DNA of 64,000 nt from Octopus vulgaris (Eukaryota), in contig OX597837.1 in assembly GCA_951406725.2 (NCBI GenBank), positions 22,754,001 to 22,818,000 on the forward strand. The letters are read 5' to 3'. Of the stretch, positions 41,688 to 54,991 are shown piece after piece. The translations under genes and the position numbers were made by a program. How positions within the stretch are numbered: position 1 is the stretch's first letter; each line of letters starts with the position of its first letter. The notes below the pieces were generated by a model. That model did not search any database and was not told where the DNA came from. It saw only the letters and a list, made by a program, of their open reading frames with translations.

Positions 41688-44600
41688 CTTTAAGAACAAA
41701 TAATCATAGAGCAAAGTTAGTTTATTAAGACAGGGAAAAGTTAGTTAGCAAATAAAGAAGACAAAAAATGTCAAAGTCAAGGTTTAGAAATTACACCCCC
41801 GCCTCAAAAAAAAAAAAAAAAGCAAAAAACAACAACAAAACCCCAAACAGAATTGCTTAACAAAAGGACAAAATGTTGTGTTGAAATTCCATACAGTAAC
41901 ATTACCTTACTTTACAGTCAAAGCCCATAAGCTCAATTTTAAGTCAAACCCATCATAAACCATATGAAATCTGACAATAGGACTACTAACAAGAAGATTC
42001 TAGACAAGATTATATATCATGGAAAAGCAAAAAGAAAAAGACAAAAATCAAACATCCATTTTTGAATAAATCATTGTACATTTTTTTTACATTTCAATTT
42101 CACATTTATTTTACTTTTAATTTTTTTATACTTTCATGTTTGGAAAAGATAGACAAAAGCCAGGTGTAAAATCTTACTAATAATAACTCCTTAACTTCAA
42201 CATTATCTGTGTAATTGTTTTTTAAAGAAATCAAAGTGTGATTTCCTTGTTATTTCTAGCAGGTCAAGTATAAGTATGTAAAACCTACCTCATTGGTTTT
42301 ATATAAGAATTCAAAGCAAGAAAACCAAGTTAGAACAACTTGCTTCCATTGCAAAAAATAATAAAATACCATATTTTCTGGCGTTCAAGTCAAATTTTTC
42401 CGACCAAAATTTACAGCCAAAAGAAGGTAGTTTAACTTATACACCAAGACAACTTTGAAGGACCAAAGATTCCATGTGAAATATAGCAAGTTTTGGAAGA
42501 ATAGTGACAATGTTTGAATGTTACACTACATGTTTGGCCTATATACTACATTGACTTGTATGCTGGAAAACAGTCTATGTTGCTGTTAAACAGTTTAAAT
42601 ATTTCTCCTTAGAACAAAGAGCATGGGATTTGCTTTCTTTTATATTTAGAGTTTCATAAACAAATACATCAATGTAAATAATGTAATAGAAAAAATAGAT
42701 AATGGTTGTATATGCATATTTCAAGGGTTATTGCCCTTTCATCAGTACCTCAGTTAACTCATCAACTGTCCATGAACACTTGAGATAGGCATATACACCT
42801 ATTATTTATTTTTCTATCTGCAATCGCATTGTTTACTTAAAGATATTTATGAAACATAACTTTCAGTGCTGGCACTGAACTCTATAGAGAATCTACAGAG
42901 ATAAACTTAAAAGTGAAAATATAAGCACTGCTAATACATGGTAAGACATAACATTGGCTTGTAAGCCTGTAATATACTTTATAATATGTTGTGGTTATGA
43001 AACAAAATACTGTGGCTTTATCAGAAATTAATATGTACCAGTTGCCAGGAATGTGTTTTGGGTACTAAAGGAATGTATCTGCGCATAGTTGATGAGTTGG
43101 ATGTGGTGCTGATGAAAGAGCAACAACTCTTAAAATGTGCATATACACCCATTACTTATTTTCCTGTCTTTGATCACGTTGTTTACAGATGTATTTGTTT
43201 ACAAAATGTCATCATTTGCTGTGCTGGCTTTGAATTCTATAGAAAATCTATACGAATATTGACTTTTAAAATACTTGGCAGTATATTATAGTTACAAAAA
43301 GAAATACTGTAGCCTTATCAGCAATTAAACTAACAATATTATAATTAATAACCACAAGTCCAGGTTCCTTCTCTTTGCTCCAGTTTCATCCAACTTACAT
43401 TTGTTGTTGCTTAAAGGCTATCATTTTCTACACATATTTCTTTCCCTATTATCATATTTTCTTTAATACATTTTTCCTGCTTCTCAATAATCCCATTTCT
43501 TAATTCTATTCCAAACAGGCTCTACAACAAAAATTCAATTTGCAATCGAGATTTACAATTACAAGCACAAGAAAAATCTCATCACATATTCAGTTTAGTC
43601 GATGTCTCTACTCAGCTCATCTGTGAACATAAATTCCACCCTCTATAGTTCTAAATATAATTTTTGGCGGAATTTATGAACAGATATTCACATCACTATA
43701 AGAAATGTTGACAAGTCTCAGGTCAGCTCTGATCTGACAGATCTATGATCAAAGATGTAGTCATGACCAGCCTATCTGTTGTTCAGACATTATATGGGTG
43801 ATTAGCAGAGTCATTATGGTGTTGCATAAATTGCATTGTTCTTGTTTTCTGCATTCAGAGTTAAAATCTTGCTGAGGTCAACTTTGACTTTCATTCTTTT
43901 GGTGTCAATAAACGAAATACCACCCCAATTCTGGTACAGCTCTCTTTCTCCTTCCAGCTGTTACATCTTTGATGGTCAACTGGGTCAGGGGACAAGAAGG
44001 TGTTGGTATCTGCTTGCAACTACAGGGGTACCTACACTGATTGGCAACAGCATGGTCGATGCACTCAAATCACACTTGATTGCAAGTGATGGCCATAGTA
44101 TTTAACCTCATATCTACTGTGTCTTGCCTTTTTTTTAAGACATCAGAATGGAATTTGAAAGACATTTCATTGTTAATATCACAAGAAAGGCTTTCATGTT
44201 GGTCTGTTTGTAAGCCAAAACCAATTTAGTTTTGGTACTTAAATTCCACAGTATTTGGAGTGGTATATGGTTCTATGCAGTTTTTCAGCAAGTAGAAGCA
44301 AAATGGCCATGTGGATATGATATTGAAATTAATAGTTCAAATCCATTGCAGGTATTTTGGTTGTTATTTCTCTAGAAAAGACACCTTACCCATTTTTTTT
44401 TAGCTGCTGCAAAGGGGTATCATATATGGTGGAAAATAAAACTGGTAACAGGTCGACATTCTAAGCAGAAGGAAATCAGGCTCATCGCCTTCATGCCACT
44501 ACAGAAACCAGAATTAAATATTGGTCTTAGTTTTAGAATCTACTTCCATTTACATCTAAAATGACTTTAAAGGAATATTAAATTGATCCCAATATTCAGG

Positions 44601-45266
44601 GACCACCTATCAAATGGACTCTGGCAGGATTTGCTTTCAGAATGTAAAGAACTGGAACTAAATTCTGCAAGTATTGTCCAGTGCCCCAATGACTTTGCCA
44701 ATCCATGATGTGAGCCTTTGAAGTTTAACCATTTAGCATTCGGATTACTCAGTCAAATGCAATGCTTTTTATTCACATAGTTTTGAAATAATCATGCATT
44801 ATCTTGTAGCTTTGAAATTTCAATGATGTGACTGTTGTTTTTATAACGACATTTTAGGGTAGGTGTGAGAGGCCTGATCTGACCATTTTGAATATTGAAC
44901 ATGTAAAATATTTTGATTAGATGTGGCTAGTTTAAATGTTAAAGAGTTAGAGAAGAATTAATATCTTTGTGACAGAAATATATGAATGAAATACATTCCA
45001 GGCAGGCATCAGGTTGGCATCAAAAGACGATGTAAAGTGGGGGACTATAATCAATGGAAGAGAGCCTAATATGTGTTGCAGTAACTTTATCGATTCCAGA
45101 AGGTCAAAAGGCAGGGTCAATGCCAGCAAGATTTGGGAAGAGAGTGGGAGAAAACTAAATGCCAAATCATTTCTGTTAGTTTCTTCTTCCACTGTAAACT
45201 TTGAAGAATAATTGGAAGTTTTTTGGTAAATTTTATGAAGTTTAAAAGGAAAACAAAAGAACTCAC

Positions 45267-45414
45267 ATTCTCGCTGAAACCAGTTTTTTTCTGTTTTGAT
45301 CCAACAGAATAGAAGGCAGGTATTAAGTCTGGAGGGCAATCTGCATAGTACTGGCAGGCAGTTACAGGAGACTCATGAATGTCCATAGGATAAGGGTTTT
45401 CAAAACACGGATAG
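45267..45414 (-). CDS. STXBP5: Tomosyn exon B: YPCFENPYPMDIHESPVTACQYYADCPPDLIPAFYSVGSKQKKTGFSEN
   Basis: ttccacag acceptor, gtgagt donor; 148 nt, phase 2->0; FENPYPMDIHESPVT motif typical of tomosyn/Lgl. Confidence 0.97.
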
Positions 45415-45687
45415 CTGTGGAAATAGAAAGGAAAACAAAAAAATACTGTTTTAAAAGTTCTTTTAAAGAAATTTCTTTTCGCGATATTTGTATATTTATA
45501 AAGTGTAAGTATTAGAGAGATGTGGGTGTGTGTTTCACATACCGGATGATGGCAAGCTATTGGGGTCATCAGGAGAGAATGCGTACTGTATTGGGGCCCT
45601 TCCTCTAAATGGCATTACTGTGCACCAGCCCACTCCCTTGCTGAAATAAGGCCCTGTTTGCTAGATCAACAAGTTACTAAGTTTCAC

Positions 45688-45910
45688 TCAATATTCTTCT
45701 AGCCATTGCTCATCGCATCTTTTTAACTTAATCCAGTAGCTTGTTTTCTCCACTATAACCTGAATATCAATCATAATGGTATTTGCTTTATGATGAGTTA
45801 GGCCAAGCAACAACAACAATTGCCTCACATTGTGTCCAATGAATCCTCTACACCCAACTTCAATTGGAAAATGCTCTGCTTTCATGCCTGTGTTTTCACA
45901 TTTCTCAAGG
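45688..45910 (-). mobile_element. 3' fragment of an RLE-type (HERO-like) non-LTR retrotransposon
   Basis: FPIEVGCRGF...EKTSYWI.LKR, C-terminal restriction-like endonuclease motif. Confidence 0.75.
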
Positions 45911-46614
45911 AGGTTTTTATAATGGTTGATCTTTTGAGTCCAAGCACCATCCCTATTATCTTCACAAAGAACTGTTTAGCTCGACTAGAGTTATTAATGT
46001 TTGTATTTATTTTACATGCCAGTGATATTCATATATGTGTATTTATAAATTCATCATCATCATCATCGTTTAACGTCTGCTTTCCATGCTAGCATGGGTT
46101 GGACGATTTGACTGAGGTCTGGCGAACCAGATGGTTGCACCAGACTCCAATCTGATCTGGCAGAGTTTCTACAGCTGGATGCCCTTCCTAATGCCAACCA
46201 CTCTGAGAGTGTAGTAGGTGCTTTTACTTGCCACCAGCATGAGGGCCAGTCAGGCGGTACTGGCAATGGCCATGCTCAAATAGTGCTTTTTATGTGCCAC
46301 CTGCACAGGAACCAGTCCAGCGGCACTGGCAACGACCTCGCTCGAATGTTTTTTCATGTGCCACCTGCACAAGTGGCAGTAAGGCGACGCTGGTAACGAT
46401 GAAATATATAAATATTATCTGCATATAAAGGAAATACAAACACTGACTACATCTCATGCATGTCTGGAGAGAGAGAGAGCTTGTTATGAACAGAGGAAGT
46501 GGGTAAGTTAGTTGTCATGTTAATGCCTTTGCCAAGTACCATGGTATACTGTTAGAGAAATGAAGTGATCACAAATAGTTGACTTGGCTCACAGAGATTA
46601 CTCTACAGCATTCA

Positions 46615-46732
46615 ATAGTATAGCCTACATTGATAGTTATAGTATAGCTTACACTAACAACTATAGTATAGCTTATAATATAGCTTCCACTAATAGTTAT
46701 AGTACAACCAGCACTAACAGTTATAGTATAGT
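46615..46732. repeat. Minisatellite, unit about 24 bp
   Basis: tagtatagc(c/t)tacactaa(c/t)a(a/g)(c/t)ta, about 5 copies. Confidence 0.8.
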
Positions 46733-46976
46733 CTATGGCAGTACCGTCTATATTATTAATATGGTAAAGTCTTCATTAATGCTGATTAGCTCTCAAGTTG
46801 GTTTTAATCAAACAGACTTGGAATTAAAGACATTTCAAACTTGACCAACCTATTATTTTTTTTGAGTCTCAGCATATACATTAGACTATATCCACTAAAG
46901 TGTATTTATTTATCACACTGGAAACTGCCTTGTTTTCCCCCTCAACAAATTTAGAAAACAACAACATTGTACTTAC

Positions 46977-47041
46977 CCTTGGACTGTGAGATCCACAACA
47001 ACTAGATCATTTTGAAGAAGTACAACTATGGCGTATGGTAC
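46977..47041 (-). CDS. STXBP5: Tomosyn (STXBP5/STXBP5L) internal exon A: VPYAIVVLLQNDLVVVDLTVQG
   Basis: ttttcag acceptor and gtaagt donor; 65 nt, phase 0->2; resembles tomosyn 'EPYAVVVLLEKDLIVVDLTQ' as recalled. Confidence 0.93.
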
Positions 47042-48329
47042 CTGAAAATCTAAAACAAATAAACTTCAATTAATTAAAAAGTAACAATTTAACGTTATCA
47101 TTATGTTTTCAACATCTTTACCCGAGTCTCTATTGTGACATCGGATGCACCTGTTTTTCAAAGGGGTGTGTAAATCTGTGATTTGTGGATGGTGGTCCAC
47201 AATTGTGCTTATGTGCAAAATCAGTTTTACTTTTTGGTGTTTCATCTGTTTGTTGTGTAGACTATGCACAATATGAGTTTTGCTATGGTAGCTATTGCTG
47301 CCTTGAAGCATGGACACAACTGAGCAGTTGCTGAGGAGCCTCACCAAGTCAGGGAAGTGATGGCGAACCAGATGGCTGCACCAGGCTCCAATCTTGATCT
47401 GGCAGAGTTTCTACAGCTGGATGCCCTTCCTAACGCCAACTACTCCGAGAGTGTAGTGGGTGCTTTTACGTGCCACCGGCACAGGGGCTAGTCAAGGGGT
47501 ACTGGCAACGACCTCGCTCGAATGTTTTTACATGTACCACCAGCACAAGTGCCAGTATGGTGATGCTGGTAATGATCACACTCGAATGATGCCTTTTATG
47601 TGCCACGAGCACGGAACCCAGTTAGCCGCTCTGTCAATGATCACTCTCGGATGGTGCTCTTTGCACCCCACTTGGATGAACGCCAATCATCGAATTTGAT
47701 TTCGATTTCACTTGCCTCAACAGGTCTTTGCAAGCAGAGTTAAGTGTCCAAAGAAGGAGAAGGTATACATAAGTGGGCTTGTTATGCCCCTGGCATAGGC
47801 CACGAGGTTGGCTTGCCGGGTCTTCTCAAGCAGAACATATTTCCAAAAGTCTCGGTCACTAGTCATATATATATATATATATATATATATGAGTGGACAA
47901 ATGAAAGGAAAAGGCACGCAACATATTTAGTAGGAGTCACATGTATTATTTTGGTAATTTAAGCCTGAAAGAGATGGACTTTTGTTAGAGGTCCATGAAA
48001 CTAAGTTGCAAAAAGCCAAATCAAACTATTTTAAATATATCACGTGATTGCATGATCAACCAGGCTAACAGATGTTGTTACACATCGCTGGTCACTATGT
48101 GCTTTGCATTGTTTTAGCTTTCAAATGTTCAAATGATGCCACCCAGTTGGTTAGGTGAGCAGGCCAACAATCCCCGCTGATTGAAGGGGGATTGGAGTAA
48201 TGTAAAGTGAAGTGTTTTGCTGAAGAACACAAAGCATCACCAGGTCAGGGAATTGAACCCATGATCTAGCAATCATGATTGCAACAACCTAACCACTAGA
48301 CCATGTGCCTCCACATTTTAAATATATAT

Positions 48330-48718
48330 TACGAGCAAAAGGTCCCCCCCCACCGTCCAATGGATGGTGCTGAGTTATCAAACATTTAAAGCAAATTTTC
48401 TCAAAACAACTTGTCCGACCGTCTCATAGGCCTCCGCTTTGAGAAACACTGATTTAACCTAAATTTGAGACACTGTGCATTTTTTTCGCACATGCATAGT
48501 ATCGATCACAACAGCTGATGTACTTGTGCATACAAATGCACGTTCCCACGGCTTTATCAATTGCATTCTCACCTGGAATTGATTAGTGTAATTTTTTCAA
48601 GACTCATACACGCCCTGATACCATCGGTATCTACATATCAAATTTGAGCGCAATTGGATGGAGGATGCCTGAGATCCTAGAAGACACACACACACACAGA
48701 GAGAACGGATTTTATATA
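48330..48718 (-). mobile_element. Non-autonomous Helitron-like element, second copy
   Basis: Reverse-complement match to 31740-32155; ends ...ttttgctcgt. Confidence 0.6.
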
Positions 48719-48997
48719 ATATATATACATATAGGGAGGGAGAGAGAGAGAGAGAGAGAGAGCAAGAGGAGAGAGAAAGGAAAGAGAGAAAGAAGAGAAA
48801 TATTGTGCTTTAGATTAAATTAAAAATAAAAATGATTTGTTACAATTAGCTACATGCTTCACTCATGCTTATCAAATGGAATATATAATATTGATCTTGA
48901 CATCTAATCCATCCCGAGTACTTTGAGAGTGGCTTCTAGTTTATAAGTAGCATTTGAAACATGTACATGTGTGTGTGAGAGAGAGAGAGGGGGAGTT

Positions 48998-49028
<31 letters not shown>

Positions 49029-49547
49029 ACTCCTTTTCTCCATCGGTCAGTGCTTTTGTGGGTGGGTAAGTGAACATGTAAACATAATATGAAGAGAAGG
49101 ATTTCGTAATAGCCAGTGCCTAGCCATAGTTTCATAGGGTCAAGTAGATAAGACAGGATATTAGTATTCTTTAATTAATACTCCAGTGAGCTGACAGAAT
49201 TGCTAGCATGCCAGACAAAACGCTAGGCAACATTTCGCCAGTCTTCACTTTCTGAGTTCAAATTCCACCGAGGTCAACTTTGCTTTTCATTCTTTTGGGG
49301 TCAATAAAATAAGTATCAGTTGACTTGCCTCTCTCCATTAAAGTCATAAGAAAAAAAAGAAGAACCATCTTAAGGCATGGGTACACTGTGCAGTTGTCCA
49401 GGTGTGTCATGGATCTAAGTGCCTACCTGTAATCTATGTATACCACAGCTTGCTGTCAATAAAAATATACTATGGAACTTATGAACTGATTTGCCCAAGG
49501 TCAATATGCTGCTAAGTTGGCTCTCATTATCATCACCATTATCATCA

Positions 49548-49790
49548 AAGGTGGCGAGCTGGCTGAATCGTTAGCACGCTGGACGAAATGCTTAGCGGTA
49601 TTTCATCTGCCACTACGTTTTGAGTTCAAATTCCGCCGAGGCCGACTTTGCCTTTCATCCTTTCGGGGTCGATAAATTAAGTACCAGTTACGCACTGGGG
49701 TCGATGTAATCGACTTAATACCTATGTCTGTCCTTGTTTGTCCCCTCTGTGTTTAGCCCCTTGTGGGTAGTAAAGAAATAGGTATTTCAT
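49548..49790 (+). mobile_element. SINE family B, Nin/Deu-like domain (other copies - 30131-30361, 33449-33680, 36082-36313, 50285-50520, 51115-51710, 13615-14010, 39615-40025)
   Basis: AAGGTGGCGAGCTGGC...GAGTTCAAATTCC...GCCTTTCATCCTTTCGGGGTCGATAAATTAAGTACCAG; several copies have clear TSDs. Confidence 0.88.
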
Positions 49791-52700
49791 CTGCCACTAC
49801 ATTTTGAGTTCAAATTCCGCCGAGGCCGACTTTGCCTTTCATTCTTTCAGAGTCTATAAATTAAGTACCAGTGAAACACTGGGGTCAATGTAATCGACTC
49901 ATCCCTTCCTCCAAAATAGCTGCCCTTGTGGCAAAATTTGAAACTATTATCATCACCATTTTTACAGTCACTTTTACCATGTTTGTGTGGGTTGAATACA
50001 GCTCCTTGAAGCAGTACTTCAGTATTTATATGGTCAGATGCACTTTCTGTCACCAACCCGTAATTAATTAGCAAGAATGATACATTTCACTCCATTAGTC
50101 TTATGAGGTATGGAACATGCTAAGAGGAGATGGAAACACTTGCACTGTTGTCCAAACTGTGTCAATGTGAAGCCACGTGGAATCAAACATTTACATACAG
50201 GTAATTGCACATAGCCACAGGTTCTGGTTGAAACGAGTAAAACTAAAAGTACACACAGACACACTATGGGATTCTAAATAGTTTCTTATTTCTTTATTGC
50301 CCACAAGGAGCTAAACATAGAAGGGACAAACAAGGGCAGACAAAGGGGTTAAGTCAATTACATCGACCCCAGTGCGTAATTGGTACTTTATTTATCGACT
50401 CCGAAAGAATGAAAAGCAAAGTCGACCACGGCGGAATTTGAACTCAGAACATAAAGACAGATGAAACACCGCTAAGCATTTTGCCCGGCGTGCTAACGTT
50501 TCTGCCAGCTCATAGCCTTAAATAGTTCTATCTATTCTAAATAGTTTCTATCTACTAAATTCCAGTGTTGACTCAACTCAAAGCTATAGCAGAAAACATT
50601 TGCCCAAGGTGCTGCCAGTGGTTTTGAACCAGGAATACAGCCATGTCTAAGATATTGGTTTCAAATTTTGGCTCAAAGCCAATAATCTTGGGGGAGGGCT
50701 TAAGTTGATTCTATTATTCTTTTACTTGTTTCAGTCATTTGACTGCAGCTATGATGGAGTTTTAGGGTTTTAGTTAAAGAAATCGACCCCAGGACTTATT
50801 CTTTGTAAGACTAGTACTTATTCTATTATCCTCTTTTGCTGAACTGCTAAGTTACGGGGACATAAACACAAGCACACCAACATCTGTTGTCAAGCAATGG
50901 TTGGGAGGACAAACACAGAAACAGACACACACACAAAAATGTATATACATATATATGATGGGCTTCTTTCAGTTTCCGTTTACCAAATCCACTCACAAGG
51001 TTTTAGACAGCCTGAAGCTATAGTAGAAGACACTTGCCCAAGGTGCTATGCAGTGGGACTGAACCTGGAACCACGTGGCTGGGAAGCAAGCTTCTTACCA
51101 CATAGCCATGCCTGTACTGGTACTTATTTTATAGATGCCAAAAGAATGAAAGGCAAATTGACGGAATTTGAACTCAGAATGCAATGACAGATGAAATGCC
51201 ACTAAATATTTTGCCTGGCTCGTTAGTGATTCTGTCAGCTCACCACCTTATAGAGAAAAGTTGACCTCAAGAGAACATGAACTCAGAATGTGAAGATGGA
51301 TGAAATGACACTAATCATTTTGCCTGGCTTGCTATCGATTCTGCCAGCTGGTTGCCTTATAAAGAAAAGTTGACCTTGGTGGAATTTGAACTCAGAACAT
51401 AAAGATGGATGAAATATCTATTTCTTTACTGCCCACAAGGGGCTAAACACAGAGGGGACAAACAAGGACAGACAAATGGATTAAGTCGATTATATCGACC
51501 CCAGTGCGTAACTGGTACTTAATTTATCGACCCTGAAAGGATGAAAGGCAAAGTCAACCTCGGCGGAATTTGAACTCAGAACGTAACGGCAGACAAAATA
51601 CGGCTACGCATTTCGCCCGGCGTGCTGACGTTTCTGCCAGCTCGCCGCCTTAAATATCACTAAGCATTTTGCCCAGCGTGCAAACGGTTCTGCTCGCTCA
51701 CTGCCTTAAAACTTGTAAAAATATTGAATACATACATTAGACACCAAGCCACTTCCCTTTTTATATAAGTATACATAACCATGTTGTCATCAACAGTCAC
51801 TCGTAATTTTTATTGATCAACATATCAAACCATCCACTATTAAGCATACACCCACATACTCTCTCTCTCTCTCTCTCTCTCTACACTAACGCACGCAGAC
51901 AGACACACAATCTTTGTTCTAATGTATTCAACAATTCAACAGGTTCTCACCTGCATGTATAACTATGTAGGCTCTGAAATGTATAAATACACAAAATATA
52001 AATCAATCATTACACTCACACATGTGTGTGTATGTGTGTGCATGTATACTTTTTTACTTGTTTCAGTCATTTGACTGCAGCCATGCTGGAGCACCGCCTT
52101 TAATCGAGCAACTCGACCCCGGGACTTATTCTTTGTAAGCCCAGTGCTTATTCTATCGGTCTCTTTTGCCGAACTGCTAAGTGACGGGGACGTAAACACA
52201 CCAGCATCGGTTAGGGGGACAAACACAGACACACAAACACACAGACGCATACATATATACGACGGGCTTCTTTCAGTTTCCGTCTACCAAATCCACTCAC
52301 AAGGCTTTGGTTGGCCCGAGGCTATAGTAGAAGACACTTGCCCAAGGTGCCACACAGTGGGACTGAACCCGGAACCATGTGGTTCGTAAATAAGCTACTT
52401 ACCACACAGCCACTCCTGCGCATATATATGTATATATTACTATATGAAAACTGAATGAAATGATAGATAACAGTCAGAGTTTGATGAGATATGAATGTGT
52501 GTGTGTGTATATATATGTTGTCTTTTTAATTATTTTAGTCATTTAAACTGTGGCCATGTTGGGGCACTGCCTTGAAGAATTTTAGTCAAAGGAATTGACT
52601 CCAGTACTAATTTTTTTAAGGCCTGGTATCTATTCAGTCAGACATTTATGCTGAACTTCTACATTATGGGGACATAAAAACACCAACACTGACTGTCAAG

Positions 52701-52841
52701 TGGAGGTGGGGTGTGCAAACACAGATACAAAGACATACGTGCACACACACACACATGTGGTAGGCTTCTTTCAGTTTCTGTCTACAAAATCCACTCCCAA
52801 AGCTTTGGTAGGACACTTCCCATGGTGCCACTGAACCTGGA

Positions 52842-52873
<32 letters not shown>

Positions 52874-53024
52874 GTATTAGCATGGAAAGCGGACGTTAAA
52901 CGATGATGATGATGATAATGATAATTATAATTATTTGAGGGAATATTAATCCTAACTTACAGGGAAAAAATTCAATTTAGAAATACTAAATCAAATTTCA
53001 CACAATATAATATATATATATATC

Positions 53025-53435
53025 TATAAAAAAGTAGAAAAAAAAACACCTTTTATCAATTCAAAATGAACAATTAAATTACACCATCTAGAAAATTACA
53101 TATAATAGAAATATTAAAATTAAAAAAATAATAAAAACGTATATAATTGGTAGAATAACGACATGTATTTCATGGCTATATTTAAGAAATGATTATAGTA
53201 AAAAAATTACTATTAATTAATTTTTTACTATAATTATTTCTTAAATATAGCCACAAATCACGTGTCATTATTCTACCAATTATATACGTTTTTATTATTT
53301 TTTTGCAATTTACTTAATTATTGATATTTTATTGTTATTTTAATTTCAATATTTCTATTATATGTAATTTTCTAGATGGTGTAATTTAATTGGTCATTTT
53401 GAATTGATAAAAGGTGTTTTTTTCTAATTTTATAT
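53025..53435. repeat. Fold-back element
   Basis: Inverted arms around a centre at about 53213; GAAA-tacatg-TC half-hammerhead on the minus strand at about 53160-53171. Confidence 0.8.
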
Positions 53436-53439
53436 ATAT

Positions 53440-53832
53440 TCTCTTTTACTTGTTTCAGTCATTTGACTGCGGCCATGCTGGAGCACCGCCTTTAGTCGAG
53501 CAAATCGACCCCGGGACTTATTCTTTGTAAGCCCAGTACTTATTCTATCGGTCTCTTTTGCCGAACCGCTAAGTGACGGGGACGTAAATATACCAGCCAG
53601 CAACGGTTGTCAAGCAATGTTAGGGGGACAAAGACAGACACACAAACACATACATATATATATACATATATATATGACAGGCTTCTTTCAGTTTCCGTCT
53701 ACCAAATCCACTCACAAGGCATTGGTCGGCCCGGGGCTATAGCAGAAGACACTTGCCCAAGATGCCACGCAGTGGGACTGAACCCGGAACCATGTGGTTG
53801 GTTAGCAAGCTACTTACCACACAGCCACTCCT
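53440..53832 (-). mobile_element. SINE family A
   Basis: Reverse-complement full copy. Confidence 0.9.
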
Positions 53833-53836
53833 GAGA

Positions 53837-54266
53837 ACAGGATGTCACAAAACATAAACAACATGAAATATGAAGACAATTTGGATATGCAAACAACAAG
53901 AGAAACAAATAGAAAACGAGATAAGTAACATAAATAATGAACCTTCATCAGTAGTTGGCTGTCCATCTACTCCCCATTCTGAGCATTTAACAACAATATG
54001 AAGCTTTGAAAGGCAGTTGCTCCCACGAACCAAAATAAAATTTGGGATTTGCAGAGGGTCAAAGATGGTAACAAAAACAGGACAGTGGAGAAAGGGAAAA
54101 GCCTCATATTGTCATTAAATGCTAGAAATGAGGAGTAGATGGACAGCCGACAACTGATGAAGGGTCATTCTTTATGTTACTTGTCTTGTTTGCCATTTGT
54201 TTCTCTCATTGTTTACATATCCAAATTGTCTTTGCATTTCGTGTTTATGCTTTGTGATGTCCTGTA
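53837..54266. repeat. Diverged fold-back element
   Basis: Arms about 53837-54007 and 54098-54266; both contain the CTGATGAAGG half of a hammerhead. Confidence 0.75.
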
Positions 54267-54858
54267 CCCATATATGCATATATATATATACATACATATA
54301 CATATATGTATATATGCAGATCGTTAGCCACTACACATATTTTTCTCTCCTTGTTTTTTCTGTGTCCCTTTCTGTAGAAGAGTGTAGCTCGAAACGTAAA
54401 AGACTTTTTCTATTCCTGAGCGCTATACTAATACATCTGTTTGTTTTGTACACCACCTGTCTTTGTCTTTTGTTTATTTTCGTAAACTTTCCCTATATAT
54501 TTTATTTATATTATTGTATGATTGAATGCCATGCATCCATTTCTAAGTAAGTCTATCTATCTATCTATCTATATATATATATATCCATATATATATATCC
54601 ATATATATATATCCATATATATATATATCCATATATATATATCTATATATATATATCTATATATATATATCTATATATATAATAAATATTAGGGAATAAA
54701 TCCAAATTTACAGGGAAAAAAAATCAGATTTAGGATTAAATCCAATTTTATAGTAAAATATTATAAAATATTATTAGAGACAAAACCACTATTTTGCAAA
54801 ACAAACAAGGAAAGACTTAATCAATACATAAAATTTTAATAAATAGTCAAAAAAACCG

Positions 54859-54901
54859 CCACTACAATCGTTTCTTGTCTTGATCGACAATCTTCAGGTG
54901 G
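54859..54901 (-). ncRNA. Mirror-image hammerhead ribozyme motif (tomosyn sense strand)
   Basis: Reverse complement of 54949-54991, in the other arm of the palindrome. Confidence 0.87.
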
Positions 54902-54948
54902 ACTTCCAATAAGTCAGTTTCATAATTTGAAACTGACTTATTGGAAGT

Positions 54949-54991
54949 CCACCTGAAGATTGTCGATCAAGACAAGAAACGATTGTAGTGG
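54949..54991 (+). ncRNA. Minimal type-I hammerhead ribozyme motif
   Basis: ccac-CTGAAGA-TTGTC gatcaa GACAA-GAAA-CGATTG-TA-gtgg; all core nucleotides intact, GUA site. Confidence 0.87.
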
